Positions 1 through 7,927 of a DNA stretch of 27,427 nt are shown here, in pieces. Where the stretch lies: the IMG/VR virus record IMGVR_UViG_3300003086_000118, positions 1 to 27,427 of that record; one strand, given 5' to 3'. Source of the DNA: a virus. Taxonomy: Duplodnaviria; Caudoviricetes. The notes below the pieces were generated by a model that had not been told where the DNA came from, did no database searches, and was given only the letters and a program-made list of their open reading frames with translations. The first letter of the stretch is position 1; each line of letters opens with the position of its first letter. Made by a program: the position numbers and the translations under genes.

Positions 1-564
1 ATGGAAAAGGTGAAAGGGGCATTAATCGCAATCTTTTTATGGGTTGGATTAATTATGACAGGTGATGCCAAGGCAGATTACATTACGATGGATATTGATT
101 CGTCAGTAAGAGGTGGCACAATACGGTGTGAGTCCGTACAGCAATGTTGGATTAAGGTTCAATACATGGAAGAACGTGGTGCTGACCAGTACTGCAATTC
201 TATTACAATCAAACGTGATGGCAGAATAGTATGGTTCACAGCAGTTGATATAAACCTCAAATGGTTTGTTCAAATTATGGTAGTGGTAGGTATTGCCGTT
301 TGGGGGTACTTCGGACTAACCGAACGACTCAACTTCTTAGAACATAACCTTACATTGGCACAAGTAAATGTCGATATGAATTCAGAGTTTAGGGTTAAAT
401 GGCCACGTGGTGAACTTGGTGCATTACCTGATGACGCAGAACAAAACATGCGTTTAGATATGATAGAAAAAGTAATAGATAGACGAACTGCTAAGTTGGA
501 ACAACTAATGGAAGACTTCCAACGAATGAAGTTTCAAGCAGAATTTAATCAATCGAAACTCTAA
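1..564 (+). CDS. Hypothetical membrane/secreted protein, possibly two genes joined
   Basis: ORF track; N-terminal signal-like segment and a second hydrophobic segment (WFVQIMVVVGIAVWGYF) mid-protein. Confidence 0.5.
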   Translation: MEKVKGALIAIFLWVGLIMTGDAKADYITMDIDSSVRGGTIRCESVQQCWIKVQYMEERGADQYCNSITIKRDGRIVWFTAVDINLKWFVQIMVVVGIAVWGYFGLTERLNFLEHNLTLAQVNVDMNSEFRVKWPRGELGALPDDAEQNMRLDMIEKVIDRRTAKLEQLMEDFQRMKFQAEFNQSKL

Positions 565-689
565 TGGATTTAACTTTCATAACAGCAGAATTGTTAAATG
601 ATATCAGTTGGTTTGATGGTATCGCTTATACAGTATTAGGTCTTGTTGTATATGCAGTGGCAAAATACATCAATACTAAAATTAATTAA
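564..689 (+). CDS. Small membrane protein (41 aa, MDLTFITAELLNDISWFDG...)
   Basis: Manual translation; TAATG overlap with upstream stop; one hydrophobic helix. Confidence 0.6.
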   Translation: MDLTFITAELLNDISWFDGIAYTVLGLVVYAVAKYINTKIN

Positions 690-752
690 GACCCAACGGC
701 GGGTCGAAAAGTAAGACAACGACGTCCTTTTACAATTTAAAAGGAGAAGAAT

Positions 753-980
753 ATGTACCATGACTCAGGGTTATGTGGTTTCCTAAAAGGAAATGAAAGA
801 ATTTACAACAAGAAAGCGTCTTTATGTGAGGACCTTAAATTTGCTATGTTTATTAACAGTAAAGAACAAAAACACGTCCAATTACCAAAACATAAGTTAA
901 TTATGGCACGACTTAAACAAGTCACCTTTGGTGGTTTCTTTCCGGATTTATCTAGTTACAAAGGATATAGGAATGACTGA
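753..980 (+). CDS. Hypothetical protein
   Basis: ORF track; AAGGAG SD upstream. Confidence 0.65.
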   Translation: MYHDSGLCGFLKGNERIYNKKASLCEDLKFAMFINSKEQKHVQLPKHKLIMARLKQVTFGGFFPDLSSYKGYRND

Positions 981-1060
981 CGAAGATAAGAAGAAATACT
1001 CTGAGTGGTTCAATCGTTGGTATCACAGAGATGGTCTAGGAATTTATTACGGGAGATAAA

Positions 1061-1333
1061 TTGGAAGATGACAACAAAATAATCCAATTTAAACCAAAGT
1101 CCGACGTTAAGGAGTGCTTCACCGAGAGTATGTGCCCTAGTGATTGGAAAGTCCCATATCAACCTACATACGACGAATTAAGACTAACAATGCTTTCGTT
1201 AGCAGAATGCGTCGAAAACACACAATTCCAATTACTAACAGCAGGCGTTCAGTCTGAGTTTATACTACGCGATAGGTTAGAAGACCTACAACACATGCGT
1301 GCACTACTATTAGACTATTATAAGGCAGATTAA
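1061..1333 (+). CDS. Hypothetical protein
   Basis: ORF track; GGGAG SD before TTG start. Confidence 0.6.
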   Translation: MEDDNKIIQFKPKSDVKECFTESMCPSDWKVPYQPTYDELRLTMLSLAECVENTQFQLLTAGVQSEFILRDRLEDLQHMRALLLDYYKAD

Positions 1334-1336
1334 ACA

Positions 1337-1344
1337 TATAAATA
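1337..1344 (+). promoter_or_regulatory. T4-type late promoter TATAAATA upstream of phoH
   Basis: Exact gp55 consensus in an intergenic gap. Confidence 0.7.
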
Positions 1345-1374
1345 CTTGTATATTGTTATTACGAAAGGATATTT

Positions 1375-2049
1375 ATGTCTAGTAAGAAGAATGTAAAGAG
1401 TGCTAAGGCACTAATGAATAAGCAACATCTAGAGTTACAACAGTTCGACCCACTAACTGACAGTCAGTCAGCCTTCTTTGCGAATTATGAAACAGGAAAG
1501 TCGCAGGTATTATCTGGTTCCGCAGGAACAGGTAAAACGTTCATGTCGTTATATAAGGCATTCCAAGAAATTCTAAATTCAAAGAAAAACTATCGCAGAA
1601 TCGTTATTATACGTTCCGCAGTCGCAACACGTGACATTGGTCATCTTCCTGGTAATTTAGAAGAGAAACAAGCAATCTACGAAATACCTTATGTTGGTAT
1701 ATGCAACGAGTTATTCAATCGTGGTGACGCATATGGGTTAATGAAAAAGAATGGTATTGTCGACTTTATGCTCACTTCATATGTACGTGGTATTACATTA
1801 GATGAAACAATCGTTATCGTTGATGAGTTTCAGAATATGACAGCCCATGAGGCAGACTCTATTATAACTCGTCTGGGTAAAGGTTCAAAGATTATTTATT
1901 ATATTAAGAAGTTCATACAAATCCTAAAACGTATGCCTGACTATTTCATTTTGAATAAGTTTGGTGTTGAGGATATTGTTCGTTCGGGGATAGTTAAAGA
2001 CTACATCAAAGCAAAAGAGCAAGGTGCAGTCATTGATAATGACTTCTGA
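1375..2049 (+). CDS. phoH: PhoH-like ATPase (apparent internal deletion near residue 175)
   Basis: GSAGTGKT Walker A, IGHLPG, VRGITLD, IVDEFQN, EDIVRSG motifs; usual GDxxQxD segment after KII is absent. Confidence 0.92.
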   Translation: MSSKKNVKSAKALMNKQHLELQQFDPLTDSQSAFFANYETGKSQVLSGSAGTGKTFMSLYKAFQEILNSKKNYRRIVIIRSAVATRDIGHLPGNLEEKQAIYEIPYVGICNELFNRGDAYGLMKKNGIVDFMLTSYVRGITLDETIVIVDEFQNMTAHEADSIITRLGKGSKIIYYIKKFIQILKRMPDYFILNKFGVEDIVRSGIVKDYIKAKEQGAVIDNDF

Positions 2050-2251
2050 CGATAAGTTCAATGAAGTATATTTTAAGGAAATGCTCTCGGTTGAAGAGCA
2101 ATTAGAATATGCTTATTGGATGGATACCCTTATTGATGCTGGGTGTGCCTGTATGGAAAACCTCACTTCTCAGGAAGTAGACGAAAAGATGTATCGCATG
2201 GCACAGTGTGATATTAATCAGTCAACAAGAAAAAATCATAGAAACACTTGA
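2024..2251 (+). CDS. Hypothetical protein
   Basis: ORF track; start probably ATG near 2039 overlapping the phoH end. Confidence 0.55.
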   Translation: MQSLIMTSDDKFNEVYFKEMLSVEEQLEYAYWMDTLIDAGCACMENLTSQEVDEKMYRMAQCDINQSTRKNHRNT

Positions 2252-2276
2252 CTTTTAGTCAAAAGTATAGTATAAT
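2248..2276 (+). promoter_or_regulatory. Sigma70-type early promoter (TTGACT-17-TATAAT), leaderless
   Basis: Near-consensus boxes; ATG 6 nt after the -10 box. Confidence 0.8.
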
Positions 2277-2282
2277 ATAGGT

Positions 2283-3638
2283 ATGAATAAAAAATTATAC
2301 GACTATTACGACGCTCGAACAATAGACCATATCCCTTACTTAAACAGTGGGGAATTCAAATACATAACAGACAAATACGGTAAAGAAGAATGCCGTTTTA
2401 CTTTGGCTGAGTATATCGCATCAAACCAATCTAAATACCCATTCAACCCTATCACATACGAGGATATGGTTAAGAACTTTAATAAACTAATTAAAGTAGA
2501 CTACTCTAAATTCCTAGAACCATCTTCAACTGATGTAGATAGTAATGTACTAGAGAAGTATGAAGACTACAAGTATGGTTATCACACATACCCATTAGGG
2601 GTTATTGACGGACCAGCAGCCCCATTTAATAAAGTAGCAGACTATTTCATGCGTGAGATACGTTATGAGTGCTCATCCCAAAATCACAATAGTCCTGTAG
2701 AGGCATGGGAACGTGGTGAGGCAAGAGGTATATGGCCTGCCACTGGAGCATTATGGCGTGGTGTAAACGCAACTCATTATGACGATGAGGGTAAGTGTAT
2801 ATCAGGTAAATTAGATAAAAATGCTTATTTAATGGCATTTAGGATGGGTGCTTATATCGCAACCCAATTCAAGCCAGCAGTAGCAAAATCTATATACCAA
2901 ATGACTGACGCAAAGAGAGTATTAGATACTTCAATGGGTTGGGGTGATAGACTTACTGGTTTCTTTACCTCTAACTGTTCTACTGAGTATATTGGTTGTG
3001 ACCCAAATCCTAATACATTTAAGGTGTATAAAGAAATGGCAAAAGAGTATAGTAAGTTATTGACTAACAAGTATGAGGTAATAGCAGACACTGATAACTA
3101 TTTTGAGTTAAAGGGAAATAAGAAGTCTGTTAAGTTTTACCGTAGTGGTGCTGAAAACCTACCATGGGATGACATAACTGATATAGACTGCGCATTCACT
3201 TCCCCACCATATTTTTCTACTGAACTATACAATAAGGGTGGTGAGCATGAAGAAGACCAATCATGGAGTAAATTTAACGAATATGAAAAGTGGCGTGATG
3301 ATTTCTATCTACCAGTTGCCCAAAACTCTTATGACTCATTATCCCAGAATGGATTCTTATTCGTGAATATAATGGATCCTAAGATTAAAGGCACTAGGTA
3401 TTATTCGTGTGATGAGTTAGTAGACCATATTGGTGCTGATAACTTCATAGGACAGGTTGGTATGAAAATACAGGCACGTGCTCAGGGTAAGAAGTATTTT
3501 GATAATAACGAAGATAAAGGTACATTAGAAGAATACTTAGCAAAAACCTATATTGAAAACATTTGGTGCTTTAGTACTTTTAATCCCATATTATTAAAGT
3601 GTTATTCTCTTACCTATTTGGATAGAACTACGGTATAA
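2283..3638 (+). CDS. DNA amino-methyltransferase (N6-A/N4-C type)
   Basis: Motif I-like VLDTSMGWGDRL, YIGCDPN, catalytic FTSPPYF; family common in marine T4-like phages. Confidence 0.85.
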   Translation: MNKKLYDYYDARTIDHIPYLNSGEFKYITDKYGKEECRFTLAEYIASNQSKYPFNPITYEDMVKNFNKLIKVDYSKFLEPSSTDVDSNVLEKYEDYKYGYHTYPLGVIDGPAAPFNKVADYFMREIRYECSSQNHNSPVEAWERGEARGIWPATGALWRGVNATHYDDEGKCISGKLDKNAYLMAFRMGAYIATQFKPAVAKSIYQMTDAKRVLDTSMGWGDRLTGFFTSNCSTEYIGCDPNPNTFKVYKEMAKEYSKLLTNKYEVIADTDNYFELKGNKKSVKFYRSGAENLPWDDITDIDCAFTSPPYFSTELYNKGGEHEEDQSWSKFNEYEKWRDDFYLPVAQNSYDSLSQNGFLFVNIMDPKIKGTRYYSCDELVDHIGADNFIGQVGMKIQARAQGKKYFDNNEDKGTLEEYLAKTYIENIWCFSTFNPILLKCYSLTYLDRTTV

Positions 3639-3665
3639 TACTAGTATAAATGATAAAAAAGGAGT
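3585..3665 (+). repeat. Early promoter/RBS cassette copy A1 (81 bp, near-identical to 6060-6140)
   Basis: Direct alignment by eye; contains TTACCT...GGTATAAT...AAGGAG. Confidence 0.9.
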
Positions 3666-3672
3666 TACAAAT

Positions 3673-3825
3673 ATGAACGATGAATACGAAATGATTTTTA
3701 AAACTGCTAATGGTTATGAAGAGATTAAATACTTCATAGGCACAAGAGGTGGTGCATGGAAGAAAGCAAAGAACGTTATTGCCGAGAATAAAGGTTGGGA
3801 AATCACCAGCGTATCTTGGGCATAA
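3673..3825 (+). CDS. Small early protein (50 aa, MNDEYEMIFKTANGYEE...)
   Basis: Manual translation; directly behind promoter cassette and strong SD. Confidence 0.75.
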   Translation: MNDEYEMIFKTANGYEEIKYFIGTRGGAWKKAKNVIAENKGWEITSVSWA

Positions 3826-3861
3826 TAGTATATTACAACATAAAAAAAAGGAGTCCATAAT

Positions 3862-4488
3862 ATGGCAAAAAGAAAACCTAGAAAACATAGAGCACCTAAT
3901 GAGGCTGATTATAAATTAAGTGATTGGATGCAAGTAGCAGACATTCCTAGTAATAGATCACCAGGAGCATTAGAACTTATTGAAAGTCAAATTGGCACTG
4001 AATCTGGTTGTTATCAAGTAGCACTAACTGCTGATATTGAAGATATTGGTAGCTCAATTATTCATAAGGATATTGGTTATACAGGCATGTCTATAGCATT
4101 ATTTGATAGGACAGGTAATATCCGTTCTGAAAAAGGTAAGCACATGGTGAACGTATATATTAGAGAGCATGGGTTATGTAAAGAGACGGAAGTTTCTATT
4201 AGATATATTGGACCAACTGATGCTATGAAAGGCGACACATCTTTTAAGACTCTTGAGAAACGTATTCAAGATGAGACTAAGAAGCAGTTTGGTTATAAAT
4301 TAGGATTTAAGTGGGAAGAAGCATCAGGTGGTAATGCCGGCGTCTACCTAAGAACACGTGATACAATTGCCTCTACTTTTACATACGAAGATACTATTAA
4401 ACTTCTTACAGAAATGAAAGGAATGGTAAAAGATAAGGCAATAGAAAAGGCAGAAATGGATTTAGAAAATCTGTTTGCGGTGATTTAA
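3862..4488 (+). CDS. Hypothetical protein, possibly degenerate GIY-YIG nuclease
   Basis: GCY...IGYTG motif pair followed by R and LE; strong SD. Confidence 0.45.
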   Translation: MAKRKPRKHRAPNEADYKLSDWMQVADIPSNRSPGALELIESQIGTESGCYQVALTADIEDIGSSIIHKDIGYTGMSIALFDRTGNIRSEKGKHMVNVYIREHGLCKETEVSIRYIGPTDAMKGDTSFKTLEKRIQDETKKQFGYKLGFKWEEASGGNAGVYLRTRDTIASTFTYEDTIKLLTEMKGMVKDKAIEKAEMDLENLFAVI

Positions 4489-4493
4489 GACTA

Positions 4494-5174
4494 ATGGAAT
4501 TTATACATGAACCAATAGATCTAGGATACACTGATTTAGTATGCGATACGCCTGCTAAAGGACCTCGTACATATGAAACTGCAAAGGGAAATAATAAATA
4601 TCCTTCAATAACGTCAGTCCTATCCTTACAATCAAAAGCAGCTATTCAAGCATGGCGAAAGCGTGTAGGAGAAGAAGAAGCAAATAAGATAAGTAGAAGA
4701 GCATCAAGTAGAGGTACAAAAGTTCACCAAATAGCTGAAGACTATGTGAACAATATACCTCTTAATGAAATGGATTTACCCCCAACTCTTCTCTATAACT
4801 TCATGCCTATTAAAAAGATACTAGACTCCTCTCTCGGGATAATCCTCGGACAGGAACTACCTCTCTATTCTGACTACCTAAAGATAGCAGGACGAGTAGA
4901 TCTAGTCGCATATTTCAATGGTGTTCTTTCCATAATAGACTATAAAACGAGTGCAAAACCAAAGAAGAAAGAATGGTGTGAGAGTTACTTTATTCAAGAA
5001 ACCTTTTACGCAATTGCCTTTGAAGAACGTACTAAAATCCCAATCACTCAATTAGTGACTATAATAGCAGTAGACGGACAAGATGACCCAACCATTTACA
5101 TTGAACATCGCGATGACTGGGATAAAGATTTAATAAGATGTATAAAGGAGTACAATGATGATATTTCCAAATAG
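4494..5174 (+). CDS. PD-(D/E)XK exonuclease (Cas4-like phage exonuclease)
   Basis: YPSITSVL, RGTKVH, AGRVDL, IIDYKTS, YFIQETFY motifs. Confidence 0.9.
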   Translation: MEFIHEPIDLGYTDLVCDTPAKGPRTYETAKGNNKYPSITSVLSLQSKAAIQAWRKRVGEEEANKISRRASSRGTKVHQIAEDYVNNIPLNEMDLPPTLLYNFMPIKKILDSSLGIILGQELPLYSDYLKIAGRVDLVAYFNGVLSIIDYKTSAKPKKKEWCESYFIQETFYAIAFEERTKIPITQLVTIIAVDGQDDPTIYIEHRDDWDKDLIRCIKEYNDDISK

Positions 5175-5273
5175 TATTAAGTTATGGCAGTCTACTATTC
5201 CCATTAAACCTGTATGGACTACTAACGGCAGGAATTGGAGTCTACTCATTCTATTTAGCATATAAGGTACAAG

Positions 5274-5471
5274 ATGATGACAAAAGCAACATCTAATCTA
5301 AACTTCCACAACCCAGACCAAACTCTATTAACATTACCACCAGATGATTTCCATCAGGTCATTTACCTCCATGATGGTGTAAGGTACTTTGCTATGGATG
5401 GCACTCTAGTTTCGATGTCAAATGAAGAGTATAACATTCTTTTATATAAATGGGGATTAATAAGACCATAA
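5274..5471 (+). CDS. Hypothetical protein
   Basis: ORF track; TAAGG SD. Confidence 0.55.
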   Translation: MMTKATSNLNFHNPDQTLLTLPPDDFHQVIYLHDGVRYFAMDGTLVSMSNEEYNILLYKWGLIRP

Positions 5472-5500
5472 CCAATTTTTAAACAACACTAAATAATAAT

Positions 5501-5665
5501 ATGAAAATAATCAAAATAACACTAATATCATTAATAAGTCTATTAGCAGTAGGGTGTATAGGGCATGATACTAAGCCAGTAGAGTTTGAAGCGTATAGTT
5601 ATCATGTAACAATGGATAAGGATGGTACTATAACGTATAGGAAAGTAGCACCAAGTGAGGAGTAA
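5501..5665 (+). CDS. Small putative lipoprotein (54 aa)
   Basis: Manual translation MKIIKITLISLISLLAVGC: signal peptide II with lipobox-like Cys. Confidence 0.6.
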   Translation: MKIIKITLISLISLLAVGCIGHDTKPVEFEAYSYHVTMDKDGTITYRKVAPSEE

Positions 5666-5762
5666 TAGGTTATGATAGAGATATCGGTTGTATTGTACGT
5701 ACTAATAAGCATAGGTCACATAATCCACGTTGTACTCTCAAGTGATATACTGATGACGTTGT

Positions 5763-5810
5763 AGTCGGTGAGTCGTGCTAAGTCGTGCTAAGTCGTGTTT
5801 TCGTGTTAAA
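5763..5810. repeat. Tandem AGTCGTGCTA-type 10-mers (2 perfect, 2-3 degenerate)
   Basis: Seen directly in sequence. Confidence 0.85.
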
Positions 5811-5890
5811 CTGGGTAATTAGGTATTTTCTAACTAAAATAAAAGTAAACATAACAGCCATACCAAAGCACTTCTTACATCTCTCACCCA

Positions 5891-6022
5891 ACTACAGGTA
5901 TTTTTTAACTAAACTCACGCACTACACACACGCATACTGACTGATTCATCACTTTTCCCCGAGCCTAAAGGAACTTTTACTCCCACTAACTCTCATACTA
6001 CAGGTATTTTTTAACTAAACTC
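5891..6022. repeat. 26-bp direct repeat ACTACAGGTATTTTTTAACTAAACTC at 5891-5916 and 5997-6022 (partial copy at 5821)
   Basis: Exact match seen in sequence. Confidence 0.9.
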
Positions 6023-6059
6023 CCAACGGACCATAGGTATTTGTTACCTATTCCCCATT

Positions 6060-6140
6060 CCCATAGTATTAAGGTGCTATTCTTCTACCTATTTGGGTAG
6101 AACTACGGTATAATACTAGTATAAATGATAAAAAAGGAGT
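6060..6140 (+). repeat. Early promoter/RBS cassette copy A2
   Basis: Near-identical to 3585-3665. Confidence 0.9.
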
Positions 6141-6146
6141 GTAGTT

Positions 6147-6230
6147 ATGGTTAGTCTAGCATTAGCAGTATATATCGGTTTAGTTTTAGCAGTTGTGATT
6201 GGCAAATTGTGTCCGTCTGGTCATTGTTAA
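6147..6230 (+). CDS. 27-aa membrane peptide (MVSLALAVYIGLVLAVVIGKLCPSGHC)
   Basis: Manual translation; follows promoter cassette and AAGGAG. Confidence 0.6.
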   Translation: MVSLALAVYIGLVLAVVIGKLCPSGHC

Positions 6231-6280
6231 TCACTTTTCCCCGAGCCTAAACGGTGTTTATTCGCCTAAAGTCTCATTCA

Positions 6281-6363
6281 CATAGTATTAAGGTGATATT
6301 CTTTTACCTAAGACAGTGAAACTAGGGTATAATACGTAGTATATTAAATAATAAAAGGAGTTA
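6281..6363 (+). repeat. Early promoter/RBS cassette copy B1 (matches 25152-25228)
   Basis: Shared AAACTAGGGTATAATACGTAGTATATTAAATAATAAAAGGAGTTA. Confidence 0.9.
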
Positions 6364-6366
6364 CAT

Positions 6367-6465
6367 ATGAACGAAGTAGATATTTTATTCACAGTTATAT
6401 TTTTTCTATTAGCAGCATCAATATTTCAATTAGGTATGGTAGTAGAGTCAATAAGAAACAAATGA
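6367..6465 (+). CDS. 32-aa membrane peptide
   Basis: Manual translation; SD; ATGA overlap with next ORF. Confidence 0.6.
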   Translation: MNEVDILFTVIFFLLAASIFQLGMVVESIRNK

Positions 6466-6677
6466 ATATAAACGATACAATCACAGCAATTCTTATAAGG
6501 ACTGCAGTAGAGGAGTTTGGCAAGAAAGATTCAATCTCATACCAAACATGCCACAAACTACAATCGTTCGTAGAAGGGCAGAATTCTAACGTTCTATTAG
6601 CAATACGGGATGAGGGGATTAAGTTTGTATCAAGATTTGCTCATGATGAATTGAGTAAGAGAAATGTAAATTATTAA
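6462..6677 (+). CDS. Hypothetical early protein
   Basis: ORF track; translational coupling. Confidence 0.65.
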   Translation: MNINDTITAILIRTAVEEFGKKDSISYQTCHKLQSFVEGQNSNVLLAIRDEGIKFVSRFAHDELSKRNVNY

Positions 6678-6692
6678 AGGAGTAGCATAACA

Positions 6693-6881
6693 ATGATGGG
6701 AGAAAGTAACAGTGCCAAGCGTGAGGATAGTCGTATCCTAGCGTTACAGATAGCAGAGTTCAAAGCAAATGGTGGAGTAGTAAGGGTTATTAGTAAGGAA
6801 GAAACTGATGAACGTATTAGGTCTGCTGTAGAAGCTACAAGAACTAAATTAAAAAAAGACTTTACTTTTGACAAGAAGTAG
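6693..6881 (+). CDS. Small protein resembling the SutA RNA-polymerase-binding motif
   Basis: KREDSRILALQIAEFKANGGVVRVI resembles the SutA core (L...M.EFL.RGG.V..I); strong SD. Confidence 0.5.
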   Translation: MMGESNSAKREDSRILALQIAEFKANGGVVRVISKEETDERIRSAVEATRTKLKKDFTFDKK

Positions 6882-6889
6882 GGTATAAT
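6861..6889 (+). promoter_or_regulatory. Early promoter TTTACT-17-TATAAT
   Basis: Same family as other early promoters in the window. Confidence 0.75.
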
Positions 6890-7145
6890 AGAGGTATTGA
6901 ATAGGGATAATGATGTGGTAGAATGATGATGATTTGAGTGGGTGATTTTTTTGACTTGACGTATAGTGTATTTGGAGTACTGGTAGATTTTGCTAGAGAT
7001 TAAAAAGGGTTACATCACTTTCCAAACCACCACAGAAAAAAAGATTCTTCCGCAGAAACACACATACCCCAATTTTTTTTCTCAAGTACAAAAAGCACAT
7101 AACCAAAAAATTTAGACAACATAAAAAAAGGAGATACACAATAAC

Positions 7146-7433
7146 ATGAACAACACACCAGCAAAATATGATAGATGGGCCAAGGACTTCAAAGAGAACA
7201 ACTTGGCAGGAATACTACTAGAGTCCGTCGGATCATGGGTCGACGCTAATGGGGTACACCCCTTGCTAGACAACGGAGTTCCCGACCTAGATAAGGACAT
7301 GACCGTCCCATACGACGAGATAGAGTTCATAGAATTTACGGACTTGATGAGCAGAAAAGACGCAACCCTTTACAGAGTGGCATTGAAGGAATACGTCCCC
7401 AACAGCAGGCAGTCTAAGGCATGGGCTCTATGA
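7146..7433 (+). CDS. Hypothetical protein (GC-elevated)
   Basis: ORF track; GGGAG SD. Confidence 0.65.
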   Translation: MNNTPAKYDRWAKDFKENNLAGILLESVGSWVDANGVHPLLDNGVPDLDKDMTVPYDEIEFIEFTDLMSRKDATLYRVALKEYVPNSRQSKAWAL

Positions 7434-7723
7434 GCGATACTGTCCAAATCGGCAAGTATAAATATCATGTTGTCACACGTTCCCCATTTGAGTTTTACAT
7501 CAGAACAGACATGATTCAGAATATTGATATAAAGAGAGATTCCTCTCTCGACGTCACGCAGATGTCTGACTACATTTTCGAAACGATAACAACAATACAC
7601 TATAACGGACTCACTACAGAGGAGAGGTTTCTTGTGAAGAGTATCAATGAGAGTGAGATGGATGACGAAGACTATTTACGGAACAACAGTGGTCATGCTC
7701 CGAGTCATTGGGGACATCGATAA
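7430..7723 (+). CDS. Hypothetical protein
   Basis: ORF track; probable ATGA-coupled start at 7430. Confidence 0.6.
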   Translation: MSDTVQIGKYKYHVVTRSPFEFYIRTDMIQNIDIKRDSSLDVTQMSDYIFETITTIHYNGLTTEERFLVKSINESEMDDEDYLRNNSGHAPSHWGHR

Positions 7724-7750
7724 AAAAAGCAGGAAAAAACGAGGAAAGAA

Positions 7751-7927
7751 ATGTTCAGGCAATGGTGTGTGATGTTTAAGGATGGGACTGCCAAAGTATT
7801 GGTGGGGTCAACGAGAGATAATATCTTAATGAAGAATGAGGGGATAAAGAGTATATTCCGCATGGGGATTGTGCACTCAGATCCAAAAGACAAAAACGAA
7901 CAACGAGGGAGAAATAATGTTTACTAA
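7751..7927 (+). CDS. Hypothetical protein (58 aa, MFRQWCVMFKDG...)
   Basis: Manual translation; GAGG SD. Confidence 0.5.
   Translation: MFRQWCVMFKDGTAKVLVGSTRDNILMKNEGIKSIFRMGIVHSDPKDKNEQRGRNNVY

Larger units (their letters stand above)
5948..6251. repeat. 22-bp direct repeat ATCACTTTTCCCCGAGCCTAAA at 5948-5969 and 6230-6251
   Basis: Exact match seen in sequence. Confidence 0.9.

Noticed and set aside
690-732. GACCC/GGGTC hairpin as riboswitch or terminator
   Set aside because: Only a 5-bp stem, no U-tract, no recognisable aptamer
2283-3638. MTase as the 5mC supplier for the TET enzyme
   Set aside because: It has the SPPY amino-MTase motif, not the PC/ENV motifs of C5-MTases
4494-6022. 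Cas4-like nuclease plus nearby repeats as a CRISPR system
   Set aside because: Repeats occur only in pairs or short tandems without regular unique spacers; no other cas genes; this exonuclease is routine in T4-like phages
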